Below, piece after piece: positions 57,687-64,000 of a stretch of 64,000 nt of DNA. The notes under the pieces were generated by a model that saw only the letters and a list, made by a program, of their open reading frames with translations, was not told the DNA's origin and searched no databases. Numbering within the stretch: the first letter of the stretch is position 1; every line of letters starts with the position of its first letter. The position numbers were made by a program, and so were the translations under genes. The stretch spans positions 15,981 through 79,980 of the forward strand of contig CAKVLS010000004.1 in NCBI GenBank assembly GCA_934757865.1. The letters run 5' to 3'. Source of the stretch: an uncultured Clostridia bacterium (GTDB lineage: Bacteria; Bacillota; Clostridia; Christensenellales; UBA1242).

Positions 57687-59054
57687 TTAATTTTCTTTTT
57701 TGCTTTGTTTTTCTTTTTCTTTAATTTGCTTTTTTCTTTTGTTATATTTTCTAATTATTTGATTTTTTTCTTCCATTGTACGTTTTTTGCGTGGAACATT
57801 TTTTAGAGCCTCTTTACGCTCTTTCTTGTCTTGTTTGATTTTTGCCTTGTGCTCTTGTTTTTTCTTATACTCATCGATTAGGTATAAGTATCTATTGTAA
57901 GCATCATCAACTTTTTGGTCCCAAGTCCTGTATAGTTCCTTAAAAGCGTTCTCGCTAACTTCTTTATATTTTTCCTCATCGCCAAGAACTTCTATTATCT
58001 TCTCCGCAAAGCCCTCAGTAGATGGCTTAGAGATATAACCATTGTGGTCGTTAACAACTCCGGCTGTCGCGGCTATACCTTCCATAAGTACGGTAGGTGT
58101 ATGTTGTGACGCACCCTCATACTTAACAAGTCCGTCAGTATCATATACCGATGGGAATAACATTAACTTGCTTGCAGCATAGTATTCAGCTAGTAGTTTC
58201 CTGTCTTTGATAGACCCTGTAAAGATTACTTTGTCATCAAGACCAAGTTCGGTGACATGTTTTTTTAGATCGGCAAGGTCCATACCATCGCCGACATATA
58301 TCATTCTAAAGTCAATGCCTCTATCCTTAATAATCTTCAAGCTGTCAGCTATCATAAAGATGCTCTTCATTACAATCATTCTGCCGACAAACAAGAATAC
58401 TGGGACATTGTCTGGGATATTGTGCTTTTCGTAAATCTTCTTTCTAGCAGCTTCTTTGTCGATAGGTAACATCTCTGTGCCTGACTTCATAACATAAGAA
58501 GGTTTTTTGTACCCATAGGATTTCAAAACATCTTGGGTGTTTTCGTTAACAGCCCACACTTCTGTGCAGTTATTAAAAACTTTCATAACATCTTTTAGAA
58601 GAATATTAGAGATAAACTCAGACTTAGTAGCTCTCTTAAAGTCTTGCTTAAACTGGCTGTGCATTGTAGCTACAACGGGTATCTTTTTCTCTTTTGCGAT
58701 AGCTACGCCCATCTTGCCAATATTAAAAGGTGAGTGAATATGTATGATATCAATCTTACGCTTTTTCATATTGTTTATAAACTTTGAGTCAATTTGTGGC
58801 ATAGCATAGTCATAACCTAGAATAGGAACTTTTGTCGCAAGGCATCTTACTACCTCATAGTCAAAAGCATCTTTGTAACCCTTTCTTCTAGGTGCTACGA
58901 CAAAGACATTTGCCTTATCTTTCAAAATTCTTGCGTAGTGATTAACAACTGTTACTACGCCGTCTATAGATGGATAAAACGCATCACAAAATAATGCTAT
59001 GTTTATCTTTCCGTCATCATTTTGCTCGGCGTTTAATTTTGCGTTCTTTGGCAT
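57687..59054 (-). CDS. GT4-family glycosyltransferase, glycolipid-synthase-like, with a Lys-rich C-terminal tail
   Basis: RBS AGGAGA. N-terminus ALFCDAFYPSIDGVVTVV resembles diacylglycerol glucosyltransferases. EX7E-type region (YEGASQHTPTVLMEG). The last roughly 70 aa are a K/E/R-rich tail. Confidence 0.7.
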   Translation of the reverse strand: MPKNAKLNAEQNDDGKINIALFCDAFYPSIDGVVTVVNHYARILKDKANVFVVAPRRKGYKDAFDYEVVRCLATKVPILGYDYAMPQIDSKFINNMKKRKIDIIHIHSPFNIGKMGVAIAKEKKIPVVATMHSQFKQDFKRATKSEFISNILLKDVMKVFNNCTEVWAVNENTQDVLKSYGYKKPSYVMKSGTEMLPIDKEAARKKIYEKHNIPDNVPVFLFVGRMIVMKSIFMIADSLKIIKDRGIDFRMIYVGDGMDLADLKKHVTELGLDDKVIFTGSIKDRKLLAEYYAASKLMLFPSVYDTDGLVKYEGASQHTPTVLMEGIAATAGVVNDHNGYISKPSTEGFAEKIIEVLGDEEKYKEVSENAFKELYRTWDQKVDDAYNRYLYLIDEYKKKQEHKAKIKQDKKERKEALKNVPRKKRTMEEKNQIIRKYNKRKKQIKEKEKQSKKEN

Positions 59055-59065
59055 AAATTTTTCTC

Positions 59066-59614
59066 CTATTTTTCAAACAATAATGCAATATCATTTTGTC
59101 CCTCAAAGTGGTATAAGCTGTCATAACTTACTGTACCCACTTTTGAGGTTTTGATTAATTTGTAACCCTGTGACAATCCATAGTTGATAATATCAAAACT
59201 CTTGATATTTGGGTTATTAAGATTTTCTATCACTAGCAAATACTTAGTGTATAGCGAAAAGATACCTCTCTTTAACTCCTCTACACTTTTACCACGCTCT
59301 ACACCTCTACTGATAGCAAGATGCGCAACTACTAGATCATATTGTCTATTTATCTTTTGTTTTGTAATGTCGGCTTTTACTATTTCCCAATTTCTTGCTT
59401 TGACTGCCTTTTTCATTTGTGCAACGCCTAGCATTGTAGGAGTCTCCATTATTGCATCAATTACAGCGTTTGGATAAGTCTCAGTAAGATTATATAAACT
59501 AGTTCTGCCGCTACCTATATCTGCTATAAACTCTATTTTTTCTGGTTTAAGCAAAGTAAACATTTCGTTAAAAAGTTTGCTATGCTCAGGTCTTGGAGTG
59601 TATTTTCTAAACAT
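59066..59614 (-). CDS. class I SAM-dependent methyltransferase (small)
   Basis: Motif I-like IADIGSGRT. 182 aa. Confidence 0.55.
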   Translation of the reverse strand: MFRKYTPRPEHSKLFNEMFTLLKPEKIEFIADIGSGRTSLYNLTETYPNAVIDAIMETPTMLGVAQMKKAVKARNWEIVKADITKQKINRQYDLVVAHLAISRGVERGKSVEELKRGIFSLYTKYLLVIENLNNPNIKSFDIINYGLSQGYKLIKTSKVGTVSYDSLYHFEGQNDIALLFEK

Positions 59615-59628
59615 ATTTGCTTTCCTTT

Positions 59629-60435
59629 TTACTTACTTTTTTTGACCGGCTTAAAACCGCCAAAGTATCTATAAATAAATCCATAAATCCAACGCTTAGG
59701 GAATATCTTAGTCAAAAAGTATAAGAATTTGTACTTAGCACCAACGATAAACATAGGCTTAGGATGTTTTTTGTTAGATATCTTATAAACTCTCTTACCA
59801 ACAACTTCTGGACTCATACGCTTGTCTTCTCTAGAGTCTATTGCCTCAGCTGCGTTTTTGATACGAGCGCCGTAATGCTCATTTGTTACATTTACCTTAA
59901 CTCTATTGCGAGTAAAGTTGGTCTTAACATCTCCTGGGCACACTGCTATAACATCTATGCCAAGAGGTTTAACCTCCATAGCAACCGAAAAACTCAAGTT
60001 GTTAACAGCAGACTTACTTGCACAATATAGCGCTCTAAAAGGTAGTGGAAATAGCGCACATGCTGAGCTCATATTGATTATCTTGCTGCCCTTTTTCATA
60101 TAAGGGATAGCGTGCTTGATACAATTAAGCACGCCGAAGTAGTTAACATCAATAATGCCTTCTGACTCTTGCTCGTCAATTAGTTCCACTGCACCCGAAA
60201 CACCATAACCTGCATTGTTAATCAAGATATCAAAGTCGCCGAACTTATCGTGGATTTTTTCTAGCACATCATGAACCATAGCATCTATTGATACATCGCA
60301 CATAAAAAAGTTTTGAGAGTGATTGTTATTTTTTCTTGACATAACAACTACTGTGTCACCGTTTTTTGTAAACTCCTTAGCACACGCCTCACCAATACCG
60401 CTAGTACCACCTGTTATTACTACTACTCTATTCAT
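59629..60435 (-). CDS. short-chain dehydrogenase/reductase
   Basis: TGGTSGIG and YCASK motifs. Start moved to the ATG at 60435, 5 nt after GGAGG; the track's start is a TTG inside the RBS. Confidence 0.85.
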   Translation of the reverse strand: MNRVVVITGGTSGIGEACAKEFTKNGDTVVVMSRKNNNHSQNFFMCDVSIDAMVHDVLEKIHDKFGDFDILINNAGYGVSGAVELIDEQESEGIIDVNYFGVLNCIKHAIPYMKKGSKIINMSSACALFPLPFRALYCASKSAVNNLSFSVAMEVKPLGIDVIAVCPGDVKTNFTRNRVKVNVTNEHYGARIKNAAEAIDSREDKRMSPEVVGKRVYKISNKKHPKPMFIVGAKYKFLYFLTKIFPKRWIYGFIYRYFGGFKPVKKSK

Positions 60436-60751
60436 AATTGCCTCCAAAAATGTAGAATTTTGCGATTTTTTGCCAAATACAATTTTACATTTTTAGTTTA
60501 TAATAATTGCCGTTTTTTTGCAAATAATTTAGTATATATATTTATTTAATTTATGTACATTTTTTGTTAAACTTCTCAAAAGTAAATAAAAGTATCACAA
60601 ATTTTCAAAATAAGATTAGTTCTCATAAACCCCTGCCAAAAACTGGAAAATATTTTTTTGCATTTTTTGTATAACTAAAAAGCTCCTTCACATACTAACA
60701 CCAGCAAGGGACAAATAATTTGCCACTTGTGATTATAAAAGGAGGGAAAAT

Positions 60752-60892
60752 ATGTCTGCTGTTGTAACCGGCGAAAAGCCAGGATGTGGTTGTTATACAT
60801 GTCGCAACTGTGGTCAAAGAGTTGACCTAGGTGCATATGACAAAATGCCACCATGCCCAAGATGTGGTAACACTACTTTTTCAAAAAGATAG
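60752..60892 (+). CDS. 46-aa zinc-ribbon protein (not in the ORF track)
   Basis: Strong RBS AAAAGGAGGG 7 nt upstream. Translation MSAVVTGEKPGCGCYTCRNCGQRVDLGAYDKMPPCPRCGNTTFSKR carries CxxC...CxxC. A terminator follows. Confidence 0.65.
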   Translation: MSAVVTGEKPGCGCYTCRNCGQRVDLGAYDKMPPCPRCGNTTFSKR

Positions 60893-60913
60893 ATAATATT
60901 TTACCAAGTAAAA

Positions 60914-60949
60914 AAATAACGGAAGTATTAGCTCCCGTTATTTTTTTTG
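60914..60949 (+). terminator. terminator after the zinc-ribbon gene
   Basis: Stem ATAACGGAAG / CTCCCGTTAT with one mismatch, followed by 8 T. Confidence 0.7.
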
Positions 60950-60977
60950 TATTTTTTCATTTTATCTCGCTATCTAC

Positions 60978-61820
60978 CTAAAAATTCTTGTCTATCTTCT
61001 CTATCCAACTAGGCTGATGGCTAAATGTCTTGCCATTAAGATAGCTAAGAAGGTTAGTTTTAGGAAAGTCAAAACTTAAATAAGTAGCGGTTAGACATTG
61101 ACGCCTTAGAGATAGCGACTTGTTTATGTCTACTTTACCGTACTTTTCGTCACCGATTATAGGCATACCTAGATAACTAAGCACTGCCCTTATCTGGTGA
61201 GTTCTGCCAGTAGGAATCTCAACCTCCACAAGGCAAGTTCTGTTATACCCCTGCACTTTTTTGATTATTGTCAAAATCTCTTTTGTATTTGGCTTTTTGG
61301 TGTCGTAAATGTAAACTTGAGATTTTTTTGCATCTTTGAAAAGATAACCTTTGTGTACAATCTCATTTTTGTATGGGCTACCAAAAACCCATGCCAAGTA
61401 CTTCTTGTGGATATATTTATTAAAGAACGCATCTTCAAGAAGCTCTTTTGTCTTTTGATTTTTGGCAAATATTACAAGTCCTTCGGTGTTAAGATCCAGC
61501 CTATGCACCGCAAAGAAGCTTGGAAGCAAACTCTCTAAGCTACCCTCGCCGCAAGTTTCTATACCGGCAGGCTTGAATACAATAACTAAGTTGTCATCTT
61601 CATAAACTCGCTCAATATTGATAGTTTGCTTTTCAAAGTCGTAATAGACCTCGATTTTGTCCCCTGGGTAAACTCTAATATTGCTACTAGTTCTAACGCC
61701 GTTTACTTTTATATCCTTTTTCCTAAACAATTTATTAAGAGCCCCAAAGCTTATACTTGGGTAATTAGCATTTATGCTTTTTACAAGATTTTGTTCTTTT
61801 GTTTCTGTGTACCATTTCAT
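60978..61820 (-). CDS. RluA-family pseudouridine synthase
   Basis: S4-like N-terminus and catalytic HRLDLNTEGLVIFAK. Confidence 0.85.
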   Translation of the reverse strand: MKWYTETKEQNLVKSINANYPSISFGALNKLFRKKDIKVNGVRTSSNIRVYPGDKIEVYYDFEKQTINIERVYEDDNLVIVFKPAGIETCGEGSLESLLPSFFAVHRLDLNTEGLVIFAKNQKTKELLEDAFFNKYIHKKYLAWVFGSPYKNEIVHKGYLFKDAKKSQVYIYDTKKPNTKEILTIIKKVQGYNRTCLVEVEIPTGRTHQIRAVLSYLGMPIIGDEKYGKVDINKSLSLRRQCLTATYLSFDFPKTNLLSYLNGKTFSHQPSWIEKIDKNF

Positions 61821-61851
61821 ACAGGTATTTTAGCAATTTTGGACTCAAAAA

Positions 61852-62640
61852 TCAACTTAAACTTTTACACAATTTGATATAATCAAAAACTATTTGCATA
61901 TAGACATATTTTATCTCGCTGTTGAGCTGATAATTCTCGGCTGGGGCATTTGTTATTTGCATTAGCCTTTGCGGAATAATAATAGCATTTTCTTTTATGA
62001 CAAGTCCCTCTTTGCTAGTAGGTTCGAGCTTTTGCAAAAACTTAAGTTCATCAATCTTGCTTTTCACACTCATCTTGACACTATCACTACTAAGAGAGCC
62101 GCTGTCGTACTTGATTGATAAGTCATAAAGAAACTCGTAGACATCAAGAAAACTCTCTGCCGCTTTTACTAAATTTTTGTCCTTGTCACTAAACTTAAAA
62201 TTTAGTCTTGGAATATTAACATTGATGATGCTTGCACTTACGCCACTTGACTTTAACTTACTTATCACAGACTGAGCGTCTATAGTGCTTGAATACATAG
62301 CGAGCAAAACATAATAATTCCCGCTCAAATGCACATACCCCGCCCCGCCTTGTTTTTTTACGGAAGTAGCACAAGACTCCGCCTCGTCCTGATTTTTGAA
62401 ACTACCAATAGACACGGCATAATATGTAGACGAAGATATGTAATATTTGCCGTTATAAAAAATACTGCCTTTGCCAATAATTAGGCTAGACACAATGTCT
62501 GCAACATTAAACGCTACAAATAAGCAAATGCAAAACATTATAATCAAAAACCAAAATCCAAACTTCTTTTTCTTAGGCCTTTTATAAACATAGTCGTTAT
62601 AATTTTTTGTCATAAAAAATTGAAACTCACTTTTTCTCAT
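61852..62640 (-). CDS. SPOR-domain membrane protein
   Basis: N-terminal TM helix followed by a SPOR-like block (YAVSIGSFKNQDEAESCATSVKKQGGAGYVHLSGNYYVLLAMY). Confidence 0.55.
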   Translation of the reverse strand: MRKSEFQFFMTKNYNDYVYKRPKKKKFGFWFLIIMFCICLFVAFNVADIVSSLIIGKGSIFYNGKYYISSSTYYAVSIGSFKNQDEAESCATSVKKQGGAGYVHLSGNYYVLLAMYSSTIDAQSVISKLKSSGVSASIINVNIPRLNFKFSDKDKNLVKAAESFLDVYEFLYDLSIKYDSGSLSSDSVKMSVKSKIDELKFLQKLEPTSKEGLVIKENAIIIPQRLMQITNAPAENYQLNSEIKYVYMQIVFDYIKLCKSLS

Positions 62641-62705
62641 CTTATACTAAAAGTGTGCAAAAAACTTTTTGCTTAGAATATACATATTAAAAAAAGGAGA
62701 AATAT

Positions 62706-64000
<1,295 letters not shown>

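Noticed and set aside
60675-60860. 61-aa minus-strand ORF in the SDR / pseudouridine-synthase intergenic region
   Set aside because: It has no RBS and is antisense to a much better supported plus-strand zinc-ribbon gene, which has a strong RBS and a terminator.

Overview
This is a low-GC endospore-forming Bacillota (Clostridia-like) chromosomal segment, and almost every gene is on the minus strand. All calls come from reading the sequence and translations by eye (motifs, synteny, RBS, hairpins); no searches were run.

Left to right, the conserved backbone is:
- a 7-tRNA operon
- spoIVA, plsY, der, feoAB, nrdR
- a sporulation and division block on the minus strand: mraZ-rsmH-ftsL-like-PBP-murE-mraY-murD-ftsW/spoVE, then a HIT gene, then murA-ftsQ-like-ftsA-ftsZ-spoIIGA-sigE-sigG-ylmC
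- tig-clpP-clpX-engB
- rluD-lspA-sepF
- groES and a partial groEL at the right edge

Four accessory loci deserve attention:
1. 31.7-36.6 kb: a self-contained Dlt-like operon (adenylating enzyme, carrier protein, MBOAT, DltD-like protein) with its own Sfp-type PPTase. Its adenylation enzyme lacks the amino-group-binding Asp. It converges on a condensation-like acyltransferase, a membrane partner and an esterase.
2. 54.7-57.7 kb: a translationally coupled trio of a diadenylate-cyclase-like protein (RHR changed to RKR), a 424-aa helical unknown and a divergent LOG-family protein. It sits at the end of an SDR-methyltransferase-GT4 operon.
3. 36.8-40.8 kb: an aconitase-X (DUF521/DUF126) pair with a 753-aa enoate-reductase-like flavoenzyme.
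4. 41.0-42.5 kb: two tandem paralogous unknown genes, each behind a near-consensus promoter.

I saw no CRISPR array, integrase, transposase or rRNA.
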